Part shown: one piece after another, positions 36,198 through 46,708 of the stretch | Layout of the letters: each line of letters starts with the position of its first letter | Position numbering within the stretch: position 1 is the first letter of the stretch | Assembly: GCA_030753015.1 (NCBI GenBank) | Contig: JASMDC010000019.1 | Coordinates: 1 to 62,750 of the forward strand | Direction of reading: 5' to 3' | From: Candidatus Undinarchaeales archaeon | GTDB taxonomy: Archaea; SpSt-1190; JASMDC01 | Length of the DNA stretch: 62,750 bases | Position numbers and translations under genes: made by a program | The notes under the pieces: model-generated | What the model was told of the DNA's origin: nothing | Databases searched by the model: none | Seen by the model: the letters and a program-made list of their open reading frames with translations, nothing else

Positions 36198-38759
36198 ATG
36201 CTCTCTGACAAGGAGATCAAGAAACAGTACAGACCGAAGTTCTGGGCCGAGCCCGAGAAATTCTACGCCAGCGAGGCCCTGCGCGAGGAGGGCTATTCCC
36301 GCGGCATCTGTACCAAGTGCGGCAAGCCCTTCTGGGCCACGGACGCTGACCGGCCGGTATGCGGTGATCCCGCCTGCAGTCCCGGGGAGAGCTTCGCATT
36401 CATCGGGAACACTCCTGCGGGCCGCTCCATGGACTACATCGAGATCTGGACGCGCTTTGCCAAGATGTTCGAGGGCTTTGGCTACACGCCCATCGCCCGC
36501 TATCCCGCTGTGGCCCGATGGAACCCCACCATGGAGTACACCAACGCCTCCATCGCCGCATTCCAGCCCTTCGTCATCGCCGGGGAGATGGACCCCCCGG
36601 CCAATCCCCTGGTCATCCCCCAGTTCTGCCTCCGCTTCTCCGACATCGACAACGTGGGCATCACCATGTCCCACAACACCGGGTTCGTGATGATCGGCCA
36701 GCACATGTTCGTCCCGCCCGAACAGTGGGACCAGAACGCCGTGTTCCGCCACATCCAGACCTGGCTCAAGGACGGGCTCAAGCTCCCCAACGAAGAGGTC
36801 GTGTTCGCCGAGGACGCCTGGGCGGGCGGCGGTAACTTCGGTTGCTGCATGGAGTTCTTCTCTCGCGGCTGCGAGCTTGGGAACCAGGTGTACATGCTCA
36901 ACGAGCAGACGCCTGCCGGTGTCCGCGAGCTCAAGCTAAAGGTGTTGGACATGGGCATGGGCATGGAGCGCAACGCTTGGTTCTCCCAGGGCTGCAACAC
37001 CATGTACGACGCCCAGTTCCCATCGGTCATGAAGAAGCTCCTGAAGCGGACCGGTGTGGAGTACGACGACGGCCTGCTGCGTCGGTACGTGCCGTATGCT
37101 GGCCTGCTGAACCTGGACGAGGTGGACGACATCCAAGCCGCCTGGCGCACCGTGGCCGAGAAGGTCGGCTCCGACGTCGATGAGCTGCGCAACAATATCA
37201 TCCCGCTCTCGGGTGTGTACTCCATCGCCGAGCATACACGCTCGCTACTGGTCACGCTCAGCGACGGGGCGCTGCCATCCAACGTGGGCGGCGGTTACAA
37301 CCTGCGTATTCTCGCTCGACGGGCGTTGGGATTCATCATCCAGCAGGGCTGGGACCTGCACCTCTCCGAGGTGTGCGCCTGGCACGCCGACTACCTCAAG
37401 CCCATCTTCCCCGAGCTTTCCGAGAACCTCGATGAGGTGGAGAAGATACTCGAAGTGGAGCGGACAAAGTACGAGGCGATGCGTCGCAAGACCACATCGC
37501 AGGTCGCCCGCATCGTCAAGGAGGATGTCACCACCGAGCGGCTGCTGGAGCTGTACGACTCCAACGGTATCCCGCCCGACCTGGTGGCCGCAGAAGCCAA
37601 GAAGCTGGACAGGACCATCGTTGTTCCCGAGGACTTCTACACTCGTGTGGCCGAGCTCCACGAGACCCGCGAGCAGGTCCACGCCACCAAGAAGGAGGAG
37701 GTCCCGGGTCTGGACGGTCTTCCCGACACGCGTGCCGACTACTTCGGCGACTGGAAGGAGCTGGACTTCACTGCAAAGGTGCTGCGTGTCAAGGACGCCT
37801 TCGTCGTCCTGGACACAACCCGGTTCTATCCTACCTCGGGCGGACAGATACACGACATCGGCACCATCGGCGGTGAAGAGGTCGTCGGCGTGCAGAAGCA
37901 GGGCGGTCTCATCGTCCACGTCATGAAGGCCTCGCCGTCCTTCTCGGAGGGCGACTCCGTCGAAGGCCACGTGGACGAGGCGAGGCGTCGACAGCTGGCG
38001 CAGCACCACACCGCGGCCCACATCATCAACGCTGCCGCACGCCGTGTTCTCGGGCGACATATCAACCAGGCCGGTGCCAAGAAGACCCTGGAGCGCGCTC
38101 ATCTGGACGTCACCCACTTCCAGGCCATCACAGACGAAGAGCTCGTGCGCATCGAGGAGGAGGCCAACAGCATCGTGGGCGAGGATATCGTCGTCAAGAA
38201 AGGCTTCTACGCCCGCGACCAGGCAGAGAAGAAGTACGGCATGGCCATCTACCAGGGCGGTGCGGTACCCGGTAAGAGCGTGCGTGTCGTCGAGGTGCCC
38301 AGTGTGGATATCGAGGCCTGTGGCGGGACACACCTCAACTCCACCAGCGAAGTGGGCCCCATCCACATCCTCAAGACCAAGAAGATCCAGGACGGGGTCG
38401 TGCGCATCCTGTTCACCGCTGGCGGTGCCGCCAGTCACACGGCCTCTCAGGAGGAGACAATGCTGGCCGAGACCGCAGAGATACTTGACGTCGATGGCGA
38501 CCAGGTACCGGCTCGCGCGGACGAACTGTTCCGCAAGTGGAAGAAGGTACGCAAATCCATGAAGAAGCGCAGGCCAGTGGCAGAGGAGCAGTTCATGCTC
38601 ACCGCAGATGACCGCTTCGACGGTGACGCTCTGGCACGGACTGCCGAGATCTTCCGGGTCCAGCCCGAGTACGTGGTCAAGACCGCCAAGCGGTTCCTCG
38701 ATGAGCTGACGTCCATGCGCGACAAGGTCGAGATAGCTCCTCCGGACGAAGAAGAGTGA
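36198..38759 (+). CDS. alaS: Alanine--tRNA ligase (archaeal type)
   Basis: It has an archaeal N-terminal module (GICTKCGKPFWATDADRPVCGDPACSPGESFAFIGN), a class II core, HxxxH editing motifs and a C-Ala domain. The start is trimmed to the first ATG after the promoter element. Confidence 0.95.
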   Translation: MLSDKEIKKQYRPKFWAEPEKFYASEALREEGYSRGICTKCGKPFWATDADRPVCGDPACSPGESFAFIGNTPAGRSMDYIEIWTRFAKMFEGFGYTPIARYPAVARWNPTMEYTNASIAAFQPFVIAGEMDPPANPLVIPQFCLRFSDIDNVGITMSHNTGFVMIGQHMFVPPEQWDQNAVFRHIQTWLKDGLKLPNEEVVFAEDAWAGGGNFGCCMEFFSRGCELGNQVYMLNEQTPAGVRELKLKVLDMGMGMERNAWFSQGCNTMYDAQFPSVMKKLLKRTGVEYDDGLLRRYVPYAGLLNLDEVDDIQAAWRTVAEKVGSDVDELRNNIIPLSGVYSIAEHTRSLLVTLSDGALPSNVGGGYNLRILARRALGFIIQQGWDLHLSEVCAWHADYLKPIFPELSENLDEVEKILEVERTKYEAMRRKTTSQVARIVKEDVTTERLLELYDSNGIPPDLVAAEAKKLDRTIVVPEDFYTRVAELHETREQVHATKKEEVPGLDGLPDTRADYFGDWKELDFTAKVLRVKDAFVVLDTTRFYPTSGGQIHDIGTIGGEEVVGVQKQGGLIVHVMKASPSFSEGDSVEGHVDEARRRQLAQHHTAAHIINAAARRVLGRHINQAGAKKTLERAHLDVTHFQAITDEELVRIEEEANSIVGEDIVVKKGFYARDQAEKKYGMAIYQGGAVPGKSVRVVEVPSVDIEACGGTHLNSTSEVGPIHILKTKKIQDGVVRILFTAGGAASHTASQEETMLAETAEILDVDGDQVPARADELFRKWKKVRKSMKKRRPVAEEQFMLTADDRFDGDALARTAEIFRVQPEYVVKTAKRFLDELTSMRDKVEIAPPDEEE

Positions 38760-38766
38760 GCTGACC

Positions 38767-39705
38767 ATGACAAGCGACGTCGCCATCGAGACGAAGGAGC
38801 TCACCAAGCGATACGGCACGCTCACGGCCCTTGACGGGCTCTCGCTCTCGGTGAAGGAGGGCGAAGTGTACGGGATCCTCGGCCCCAACGGTGCGGGGAA
38901 GTCGACACTCATCCGCATAACCTGTGGCCTGCTCAATCCCTCAGGTGGGACGGTGCTCGTGCGGGGCATCGACGTACGCGAGCGTCCCGAGGAAGTGAAG
39001 GCCCTCATCGGCTACCTCCCGGAAGAGACATCGCTCTACGAGCACATGACCGTTCTCGAGTATCTAACGTTCTTTGCTGACCTCTACGGCCTGGGACGGG
39101 AGGAGGGAGGCAAGCGGGCCCACAAGCTCGTCGAGCGTCTTGACCTGGGCGACAAGCGAACGGAGCGCATCGGCACCCTGTCCAAGGGGCTCAAGCGCCG
39201 AGTCGCCATAGCCCGTGCACTGATCCACGACCCGTCCATCCTCATACTGGACGAACCCACCAGCGGTCTCGATCCTGTGGCGTCCCTCGATATCAGGGAG
39301 CTCATCGCATCCCTTGCCACAGAGGAGGGGAAGACCGTGCTCCTGTCGACCCACCTTGTATGGATGGCGGAACAGCTGTGCCATCGCATCGGGATCCTCA
39401 GCAAGGGCAAACTACTTCTCTCCGGGACCACTGACGAGGTATGCGGCAGGCTCGATGCCCGCCAGACCTCCGTGGAGGTCGTCGTGGAGTCCCATCCCGG
39501 TACAAAGATGCCCCATGCCACCGACGCCAAGGTCGAGCGAAAGGGCAGGGTGTGCGTCCTCACCTTCCCTGGCGTGGAGCTCGCGGTCAAGGCCCTTGAG
39601 AAGCTTCGGCTCTCACATCCGGTGGTCTCGATCACCACGGCCCAGCGCTCTCTGGAGGACGTGTTCCTCGAACGCTTCTCGCGGAGCGAGGAGGGCCGGG
39701 ACTGA
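38767..39705 (+). CDS. ABC transporter ATP-binding protein (ABC-2 type)
   Basis: It has Walker A (GPNGAGKST), the LSKGLKRRV signature and Walker B (ILILDEPTSGLD). Confidence 0.9.
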   Translation: MTSDVAIETKELTKRYGTLTALDGLSLSVKEGEVYGILGPNGAGKSTLIRITCGLLNPSGGTVLVRGIDVRERPEEVKALIGYLPEETSLYEHMTVLEYLTFFADLYGLGREEGGKRAHKLVERLDLGDKRTERIGTLSKGLKRRVAIARALIHDPSILILDEPTSGLDPVASLDIRELIASLATEEGKTVLLSTHLVWMAEQLCHRIGILSKGKLLLSGTTDEVCGRLDARQTSVEVVVESHPGTKMPHATDAKVERKGRVCVLTFPGVELAVKALEKLRLSHPVVSITTAQRSLEDVFLERFSRSEEGRD

Positions 39706-39707
39706 CC

Positions 39708-40787
39708 ATGCACCGGACCATCGTGCTCGCTTGGCGATGGCTGCGCGAGCTGGTGCTCCGTCCGTCGTTCGCTTTCATGTTCACGTTCATGGTGGCCGCG
39801 GTCATCATCGTGCTCGCTTTCCTCGGCCCGTTCTCCCCCTTCCTGGACGCGAGAGTCTACTCCAAGGCTACCGACGTTTCGCTATCGATCGTGCTGGTGG
39901 GAGATGAGGCTGCGCTCCGCGACTCCCTCCTTGCCCGCGCCTTGAGCACTCGCAAGGAAGTGCGGTCCGTGAGCTATGCAACCACCCTGGACGAGGCCTT
40001 GGCGTCCCCCGACCGGATGGACGCCATCGTGGTCATCCCACCGGGCGTGGGAGGGACCATCCGCCTCCTGGTCGCCCAGGAGGGATTGCGTGGACCGCTC
40101 GCCGTGTCCATGGTGCAGACGGTACTGGCCGAGAGCGATCCCCCGCAACGCCGACGGGCCCTGGCCGAGGAGCGGAAGCTGGTTGTTGGGAGCCTCCAGG
40201 TGGCGGACGACTACGGTTCGTGGGATGATCCGCCGCTCCTGATCGACGCCGTGCAGCTCTTCCTCGTCCCTTTCCTCGTGCTCTTCCCCGCCTTTGCTGT
40301 CGCTATGTTCACCACGAACCTCGTTCGCGAGGAGTTCACGACACGGACCATGGACTCCCTTCTCATGGCCTGCCCACGACCACGCATCCTGGCCGGTGGT
40401 CTGGCGGCACCTACGGTGCTCCTCACTGCGGTCGCATCGGGGACTGTCCTCCTTCTGAGCAGACGTTTGTTCCCCGTGCTCGGCGTGGCCCCGCTCGTGG
40501 CCATCTCCGGTGTCACCTCGCTCTTTCTGTGCGGTGTCGGTGCCGCTGCTGCGGTGCGCACACGGGGCGCCGAGACCTCCCAGTCTGCCGTATGGGTGGC
40601 CACCGCCCTGGTCGGTGCGACGGTGATGCTCCCCCGCCCGCTCTCCCCGCCGAGGCTGGCGGTCGCGCTGGGTACTGGGCCCGTGCCCTTCTGGGAGGTA
40701 GGGACGTGCATCGTCGGCCTCATCATGGTCGCGACGCTCGCCTGGGGTATGTTCGAGCGGTCGTTCGCAGGATTGGCGGAAGGATAG
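39708..40787 (+). CDS. ABC-2 family transporter permease
   Basis: It is a polytopic membrane protein translationally coupled (3-nt gap) to the ABC ATPase. Confidence 0.65.
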   Translation: MHRTIVLAWRWLRELVLRPSFAFMFTFMVAAVIIVLAFLGPFSPFLDARVYSKATDVSLSIVLVGDEAALRDSLLARALSTRKEVRSVSYATTLDEALASPDRMDAIVVIPPGVGGTIRLLVAQEGLRGPLAVSMVQTVLAESDPPQRRRALAEERKLVVGSLQVADDYGSWDDPPLLIDAVQLFLVPFLVLFPAFAVAMFTTNLVREEFTTRTMDSLLMACPRPRILAGGLAAPTVLLTAVASGTVLLLSRRLFPVLGVAPLVAISGVTSLFLCGVGAAAAVRTRGAETSQSAVWVATALVGATVMLPRPLSPPRLAVALGTGPVPFWEVGTCIVGLIMVATLAWGMFERSFAGLAEG

Positions 40788-40799
40788 TCCGATCCCGTA

Positions 40800-41582
40800 T
40801 CAAGGATGCGGACCTGTCCTTGCGGCCGAGCGGGGCGTCTGTGCCAGGCGCTGTGAACGTCGGTGGAGAGAAAGGTACTCCCCCAAAAGCTCGCTCACGA
40901 CATCCCGGGAACCCAGACCAATGGCGAGCCCCATTCCCAGGGAGAGGCCAAGGCCTAGGGAGCACAGGGCGACGATGAGCGGTAGTGCGAGCACTAAAGT
41001 GACGATGCTCCGCTCGACACCCATGACCAGCAGCGGCAGTGCCAGGACCACGGCGACGTACACGATCAGGATATTGGTCAGCACACCGACTATCTTCGCC
41101 TGGGGCAGTTCGATGGTGCCCAGCCGACGCGCCACGTACTCGCCGACGACAACGCCGAGGAGCACGATGAGGGCGGATTGGACGATACGTGGTGAGTACT
41201 CGACCAGGACCATGCGCATCAGCGCGTCGACCGTCGGCACCCCGAAAGTGCCCACGGCCACGGTGATGAAGATCAGGTAGACGTACCAGCGGATGGCGAT
41301 GGACACGATCTCGGCGAGCCCGAGGCCCTGGAACTCCACCCTGACATCTGCTCGTTCGAGCATGTGCTCCAGCTGGATGAGCCGGAAGATCCGCACCGCA
41401 ACAGCAGAGATCGCCCGCCCGAGCACGTACCCCGCAGCGACCACGAGGGCCGCTACGAAGAACCGGGGCACGAAGAAGTGGGCCTTTCCATAGGCCTGGG
41501 TAACGCTCTCCTGGAAGATGTCACCCACAACACCGGTGGTGTTCAGCACCCCTGCCATCGCCGTGTGGGGGTTGTGCATCAT
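40800..41582 (-). CDS. Hypothetical polytopic membrane protein
   Basis: It is a 260-aa ORF with 5-6 hydrophobic helices. Confidence 0.4.
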   Translation of the reverse strand: MMHNPHTAMAGVLNTTGVVGDIFQESVTQAYGKAHFFVPRFFVAALVVAAGYVLGRAISAVAVRIFRLIQLEHMLERADVRVEFQGLGLAEIVSIAIRWYVYLIFITVAVGTFGVPTVDALMRMVLVEYSPRIVQSALIVLLGVVVGEYVARRLGTIELPQAKIVGVLTNILIVYVAVVLALPLLVMGVERSIVTLVLALPLIVALCSLGLGLSLGMGLAIGLGSRDVVSELLGEYLSLHRRSQRLAQTPRSAARTGPHP

Positions 41583-41613
41583 TTAAATATCGTTCGCGTA
41601 TCAATGTAAAGCG

Positions 41614-41799
41614 ATGGAGTGGCTGGAACGGGGCACGCTCGAGGGCCTGGCATTGGCAGCCTTGGTGCTCGTTATCACCTTCCATGGCTACTTCGTGTTC
41701 TTCTGGGGGACCGTGGGTCTGGTGAACGTCGTCGTTTTCGTCGTGGTGGCGGGATTGCTGGCCCAGGAGCTCGTCCCCTGGATCGAGGAGGATGACTGA
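41614..41799 (+). CDS. Small hypothetical membrane protein (61 aa)
   Basis: It has two hydrophobic helices and overlaps the next ORF by 8 nt. Confidence 0.3.
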   Translation: MEWLERGTLEGLALAALVLVITFHGYFVFFWGTVGLVNVVVFVVVAGLLAQELVPWIEEDD

Positions 41800-42139
41800 G
41801 ATGCTCCGCACCGAACTCGAGAGCTCGCTCGCCCACTACTTGGCCGCGGACGGCTGGCAGGCCCGTGAGGCCGTGCCCTTTGGCGTCCCGTCGGTGCTGC
41901 GTCTCCTGGCCGCCCAGCGTAAGGGGAAGATGGCGCTGTTCCACTCACTGGAGGCGGGGAAGCAGAAGAAGCTCAAGCTCGACGCCGATCAGCTCGCCGA
42001 CCTCAAGGGCTGGTCCGAGCGCAACGACCTCAGAACGTACATCGCTGTGCTCTTCGGGGACCGCTGGGTCATCAAGAACGTTGGCAGACTCCGCTCCACC
42101 TGGATCGAGCGCCTGAGTATAAGCGACGACGGCCTCTGA
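41792..42139 (+). CDS. Hypothetical protein (115 aa)
   Basis: The ORF has GC3-rich codon usage and no recognisable motif. Confidence 0.4.
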   Translation: MTEMLRTELESSLAHYLAADGWQAREAVPFGVPSVLRLLAAQRKGKMALFHSLEAGKQKKLKLDADQLADLKGWSERNDLRTYIAVLFGDRWVIKNVGRLRSTWIERLSISDDGL

Positions 42140-42189
42140 CACCCTGCTGAGAGGGAGGGTTTTTAATATTTCCCGGCCATCATCGTCCC

Positions 42190-43824
42190 ATGCGGTCGCT
42201 GGGTGCCCTGTTGCTCGTCTTCCTTCTCCTCGCCATGGTGGAGGCCGCCGAGCCCGTTGTGAAGTACAGCGGGGCTTCCTTCGATGACAGCCTTTATACG
42301 GGAGAGACGAGCGTGATGCAGGTAAAGGTCACCTCCACTTACGACACCGGTAACGCGCCCAATGTTAACGTCATCCTGGACGCCGCCGAGTCCGGTGGCA
42401 AGCTCAAGCTCTACCGCATCACGTCGCGCGCTTTCACCAAGCGCACCATCCCCTGCTCGGACGCCGCGTACAACCGTCACGAGAACATGAACGTTGCGCT
42501 CACAAAGGGCGTCAACATGTTCCTCTACGCCATCCAGCCATGCGAGAACGTGTTGCCGGGCACCTATGCCCTGGAGTTCAAGGTGGACGGTACAGCCGTC
42601 GTGGAAGAGATAACGGCCAAGGTGCAGTCCCCTATACGGATCTCGGTATCGGCCGGCACCGTCAGGTTGGGCGCTGCTAAGACAATGACCGTCACTATCA
42701 TCAATCGCGGGAACGAGCTTCTGGAGAACGTAGCGATCGAGTTCGCAAGCCCGTTGCCCGGTAAGATCACCATCAAACCCACACGTATCCGGCTGGACGA
42801 GAACCTGCCCCTCAAGGCATCGACGAAGTTCGAGGTGACGGTGAACTCCACACTGGACACCCCTGCCATCGAGTATCCTCTGAACGTGTACGCGTCCTAC
42901 CGGACATTCGAGACCGTGACCACGGTGCGCGAGCCCATCCCGGACAAGGTCATCAAGGTGATCCAGGGTGACAATCCCAAGCTTGACCTGGCCGTACGGG
43001 ACCCGGCCGACATCAACGTGGAGGAGCCCAAGTTCGCCTCCGTTCTTGGTAAGGAGTTCTCCGTGGCGTTCCCCCTCAAGAACATCGGGAAGGGGCAAGC
43101 AGAGAAGTGCACTGTGGAGCTCACCATGCCCCACGGTGTGTTCGTACCCACCAACGTCTCCCGTCCGTACGAGTTCCGTGAGCTTGTCACCGAGGACATG
43201 CTCGTCATCGACATGGGGACACTGGAAGGGGGCGACGAGGGAGATGTCCAGGTCATCTTCCTACCCCTCCTGGTCGAGACCACTCCTCAGGGCACCACTG
43301 AGGTCGACGTCCTGGCCCGGTGCCTGAACATGGCAGAAAAGGAGATGAAGAGCAGGGGTATGACCCTGAAGGTCGGCCTCAAGTTCCCGGAGCCCGAGTT
43401 CGATCTGGGTGCGGACGTACCCGACACAGTGGTCGAGCCTGAGAGCTTCATCACCGCCAAGGTGGCCCTGAAGACACTGGAGTCCCAGAAGTGCACTCTC
43501 CGTGTGAAGTGGCCCATCTACCTCCATTACATGGACACGCTGGGCAGGTTCCAGTGGAGCGCCAATCCCGAGGTGAACGGGACCTACGAGAAGACGCTGC
43601 GGCTCAAGAGCTCCGCGGAGCACCGTTCGACCTCGGACCACGACATCCAAGTCACCGCCACCTGCAAGAACAGCCTTAATGTGACCGCGTCCCAGGAACG
43701 ACGGATCGCTCTACACTACGTCTCGCCCGGTGGACAGCAGGACCTGATCGTTTACGGTATCGTGGGGCTGGGCGCCGTACTGGTCGTGCTTATCGTGCTC
43801 TTCCAGCTAACCAAGAATAGCTAG
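42190..43824 (+). CDS. Secreted cell-surface protein with a C-terminal TM anchor
   Basis: It has a Sec signal (MRSLGALLLVFLLLAMVEA), Ig/CARDB-like beta-rich repeats, and a C-terminal TM (LIVYGIVGLGAVLVVLIVLF). A TATA-like TTTTTAATATTT lies about 21 nt before the ATG. The 3' end overlaps convergently with the prepilin peptidase gene. Confidence 0.55.
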   Translation: MRSLGALLLVFLLLAMVEAAEPVVKYSGASFDDSLYTGETSVMQVKVTSTYDTGNAPNVNVILDAAESGGKLKLYRITSRAFTKRTIPCSDAAYNRHENMNVALTKGVNMFLYAIQPCENVLPGTYALEFKVDGTAVVEEITAKVQSPIRISVSAGTVRLGAAKTMTVTIINRGNELLENVAIEFASPLPGKITIKPTRIRLDENLPLKASTKFEVTVNSTLDTPAIEYPLNVYASYRTFETVTTVREPIPDKVIKVIQGDNPKLDLAVRDPADINVEEPKFASVLGKEFSVAFPLKNIGKGQAEKCTVELTMPHGVFVPTNVSRPYEFRELVTEDMLVIDMGTLEGGDEGDVQVIFLPLLVETTPQGTTEVDVLARCLNMAEKEMKSRGMTLKVGLKFPEPEFDLGADVPDTVVEPESFITAKVALKTLESQKCTLRVKWPIYLHYMDTLGRFQWSANPEVNGTYEKTLRLKSSAEHRSTSDHDIQVTATCKNSLNVTASQERRIALHYVSPGGQQDLIVYGIVGLGAVLVVLIVLFQLTKNS

Positions 43825-44457
43825 GCGAAAGGGATCCCCGAGCAGCAGGTTCGCTAATACCGAAACGAGGAGGAACGGCGCCATCGGGATCCGCAGTTCC
43901 TGTCCCTCGAGCCTGAAGAGCATGAGCAGCGCCGTGGCAGCTGCGAAGAGCACCGGGACCAGAGCTGTCGTGACATCGCCGTGCAGGAGGAGGAATAGCG
44001 TCGCGCCGATGAGCATGCCCAGGGGCGCGTCTCGTCTGCGGAAGGCCGGTCGGTTTCCTTCGCGCACGACCTGCCAGACGTACCACGCCAGGCCGACGAC
44101 CTGGGCGAGTAGGACGGCGAGCACCAGCACTGCTACGGGGAAGGGGAGGATGGCAGGAAGACGGATCACTACACCGTCGTGGACGAAGCCCTGGACCCTA
44201 AGGGGCGAGAGTAGGCAGAGGGCGCACACCAGCTTCACATCAGCGCCCCCGATGCACCGGGCCCGGTACCACAGGAACACGAGACCGAGCATCAGGAGGT
44301 TTACGGAGAACTGGTCGGGATCATGTCCGATGATTAGATAGGCCACCGCGCCTATCGCTAGGAGCGCATCGGTGATGAGCGGGCGGACCTCGCCCGTGCG
44401 CAGGTCGTCGAGGGAGGCCGCGGCCAGGCCGGCCACGAGCGCGTACAGGCGCCACAC
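43807..44457 (-). CDS. A24-family prepilin peptidase (FlaK/PibD/EppA-like), short form, the last gene of the class III signal-peptide operon
   Basis: The first catalytic Asp motif is SLDDLRTGEVRP and the second is IGGADVKLV (GGxDxK). It has 5-6 TM helices. The GTG start is 1 nt after the upstream gene's stop. Confidence 0.75.
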   Translation of the reverse strand: MWRLYALVAGLAAASLDDLRTGEVRPLITDALLAIGAVAYLIIGHDPDQFSVNLLMLGLVFLWYRARCIGGADVKLVCALCLLSPLRVQGFVHDGVVIRLPAILPFPVAVLVLAVLLAQVVGLAWYVWQVVREGNRPAFRRRDAPLGMLIGATLFLLLHGDVTTALVPVLFAAATALLMLFRLEGQELRIPMAPFLLVSVLANLLLGDPFRLAILG

Positions 44458-44458
44458 G

Positions 44459-46708
44459 CTACTTCCACACCTCGAGGTTGAGCACGCCCGCGCCCCTACC
44501 GCCCCGGGGCGCTACGACTCGGTTGACTGACACCACACCGTACTTTGCCTGAGTGGACGGGATGCAGCCGAAGTCCGGGTTCTGACAGTTCGCCATCCCC
44601 TCGGGCTGCTCGCCCACCTCTTGAGCAGGATCTGGATCGGTCATGAAGGGCTCGGCTTGGTATTGTGGATCGTAGCAGAATGTCTCACAGCTCCCCTTAT
44701 CCTCGATACCGCGGACCACGCACACGGCCGGATCGACCTCCGGGTCCCACTCACCGCCGACATCCTCCCCCTCACAGAACGCCGGGTTCATCCCCACGGA
44801 CGTAACTGTGCACCGGCCACCCGGCCCTTCGCCGGGATCGTTCCACGCCCACGCGGTCGTAAGGTGCTCACATGCTTGGAGGGAATCGGCGGCGAGCAAA
44901 CACTCGTCGTTCACCCAGGAACCTCCGACGTCGGGATCGAGGCAGTCAACATCGTTCTCGATCTTCACGGCCACGCATCGCGGATCGGGCAGGTCCTCGG
45001 TCCATTCCGTGTTGCCCGCGGCCTCGCAGGTCTGCTCGTCAGAGATGAGCCAGATAAAACAGGCCGGATCGTTCCAGACGCCGTTGATACCCTCACACGT
45101 TGCCTGGTCAGGCGCTTCTGCGGGAAGTGTCCTGCAGTACTCGGTAGGGAGCCATTCGGCCTCAGCCAACGCGCCCTCGCACGTTGTCTGGTCGGGAACG
45201 GTCGGGAGGAGGCAATCGCCCCGCTCATCATCCCAGAACGTAAGGTACTGCCCGGGATCATCGCCCCAGAACGTGGCCTCCCCATCGAAGGTGGAAGTCG
45301 CCTCCAAGGCTACACCATACGTGCGAGTGGGCACGTCTCCGGTAAAAGTATCACTGTGCTGTATAGCGAACCGGCAGTTGTTGGTTTGCGTGAAGGTGCC
45401 CACGATAGTGGCGCCAGCGAAAGTCTCATCCCCCTGTCTGAAGGTGGTGTACGTGATGGTGGCGGTCACACCGCTAGCGTCCGACACGATCGTGATGGTC
45501 GGTTCCTCACCGGGATCGCATACATTCGGCGAATAGCAGATCGATGTTCCGGCCTGGCACGCGACCACGAGATCATGCTTGAACACAGGACGCCATGAAG
45601 GGGATCCGGGGGTCGCGGGATCCGTGTCGGCGTCGCCATCTGAAGCGACATAATAATCAATGAAGCTGACAAGGCTCCCGTCACACGCCGCCCCGACATG
45701 GACACGGAACCTCGACTCCACGATACCACAGTCGACCGTGTAGACCTCTGACGCACCGTCCATGGTCTGCTGGATAGTCCCCGCGGGGTGCTGTCCGGCC
45801 CCTACAGGGAACCCGCGGTTGGACGTCAGGTACGCATCGGCCGCTGCCCCGAGCGTACCGGAGGATATGTCGCTCTCATCGGGGATGATATCGAAGACGA
45901 CGGTCCCACTATCGTAGCTGTCCGGACAGTTCCCCGCTTTGCAGGCAACGATCGCCACTTGGAGATAGTCCCCGTTAGCATCGACTTTCAACTGGGTGAG
46001 ACCAACATCCCCTGGTGTGTAATCATCTGCCGTCGTCAAATGGAGACACATACCTCCGGGATTCTCCCGGTTGCATGTACCGGTCGAATGACCGGCCTCA
46101 TTGATCTGGAAGACCGCTGCGTTCCTGAGGATGATTCTTGTCAGTTCATTGTCTCCGTATAAGAAACTGCCGTCCATCTCGCGATACCCTGCGGATAAGA
46201 TGCGGCAGTTATTGGCATTTTCCGTCACCGGATCAGTGACAACGCACCGGGGTACTGACGGATCCTCGAACCACTGAGTGTCGACGGGTAACGTGATATC
46301 CCGGTCCACGCCCATGTCCTCGTCCTTGCATACATACATGCTCAGACGCCAGCCATAACCTAGGGAGCCTTCCGTGGTCATCAGAGGTGAGAAGAAGGTT
46401 GGCCCCACCAAGAAGGGATCTAATCCAGTTAGGGCCTCGTCGTCGATAACGTTCAGCCGGTCGATGCCCATCCCCTCGTCATAGTACGAGACACCGTACT
46501 GATAGCTGTTCGGTGAGGAGTCCACCATGGCGGTCATGAAGTCATCGGAGACCATCTTGAGGTCGTACACAGTCTCCCACTCGACCCGATCTTTATTCAC
46601 CTCGGTCTGTATCCGCTCCATGGCGGTGAAGAGAAGAACGAATATCCCTAGTGCGATGAGGATGTCGATGGAGAAGGTCTGCCCTCGTCGACGTCGTCCT
46701 AGCCTCAC
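44459..46708 (-). CDS. Giant class III signal-peptide (pilin-like N-terminus) protein, about 750 aa
   Basis: The GTG start at 46708 overlaps the upstream stop (GTGA). The N-terminus is MRLGRRRRG|QTFSIDILIALGIFVLLF. The protein has a large Cys-containing extracellular domain. Confidence 0.6.
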   Translation of the reverse strand: MRLGRRRRGQTFSIDILIALGIFVLLFTAMERIQTEVNKDRVEWETVYDLKMVSDDFMTAMVDSSPNSYQYGVSYYDEGMGIDRLNVIDDEALTGLDPFLVGPTFFSPLMTTEGSLGYGWRLSMYVCKDEDMGVDRDITLPVDTQWFEDPSVPRCVVTDPVTENANNCRILSAGYREMDGSFLYGDNELTRIILRNAAVFQINEAGHSTGTCNRENPGGMCLHLTTADDYTPGDVGLTQLKVDANGDYLQVAIVACKAGNCPDSYDSGTVVFDIIPDESDISSGTLGAAADAYLTSNRGFPVGAGQHPAGTIQQTMDGASEVYTVDCGIVESRFRVHVGAACDGSLVSFIDYYVASDGDADTDPATPGSPSWRPVFKHDLVVACQAGTSICYSPNVCDPGEEPTITIVSDASGVTATITYTTFRQGDETFAGATIVGTFTQTNNCRFAIQHSDTFTGDVPTRTYGVALEATSTFDGEATFWGDDPGQYLTFWDDERGDCLLPTVPDQTTCEGALAEAEWLPTEYCRTLPAEAPDQATCEGINGVWNDPACFIWLISDEQTCEAAGNTEWTEDLPDPRCVAVKIENDVDCLDPDVGGSWVNDECLLAADSLQACEHLTTAWAWNDPGEGPGGRCTVTSVGMNPAFCEGEDVGGEWDPEVDPAVCVVRGIEDKGSCETFCYDPQYQAEPFMTDPDPAQEVGEQPEGMANCQNPDFGCIPSTQAKYGVVSVNRVVAPRGGRGAGVLNLEVWK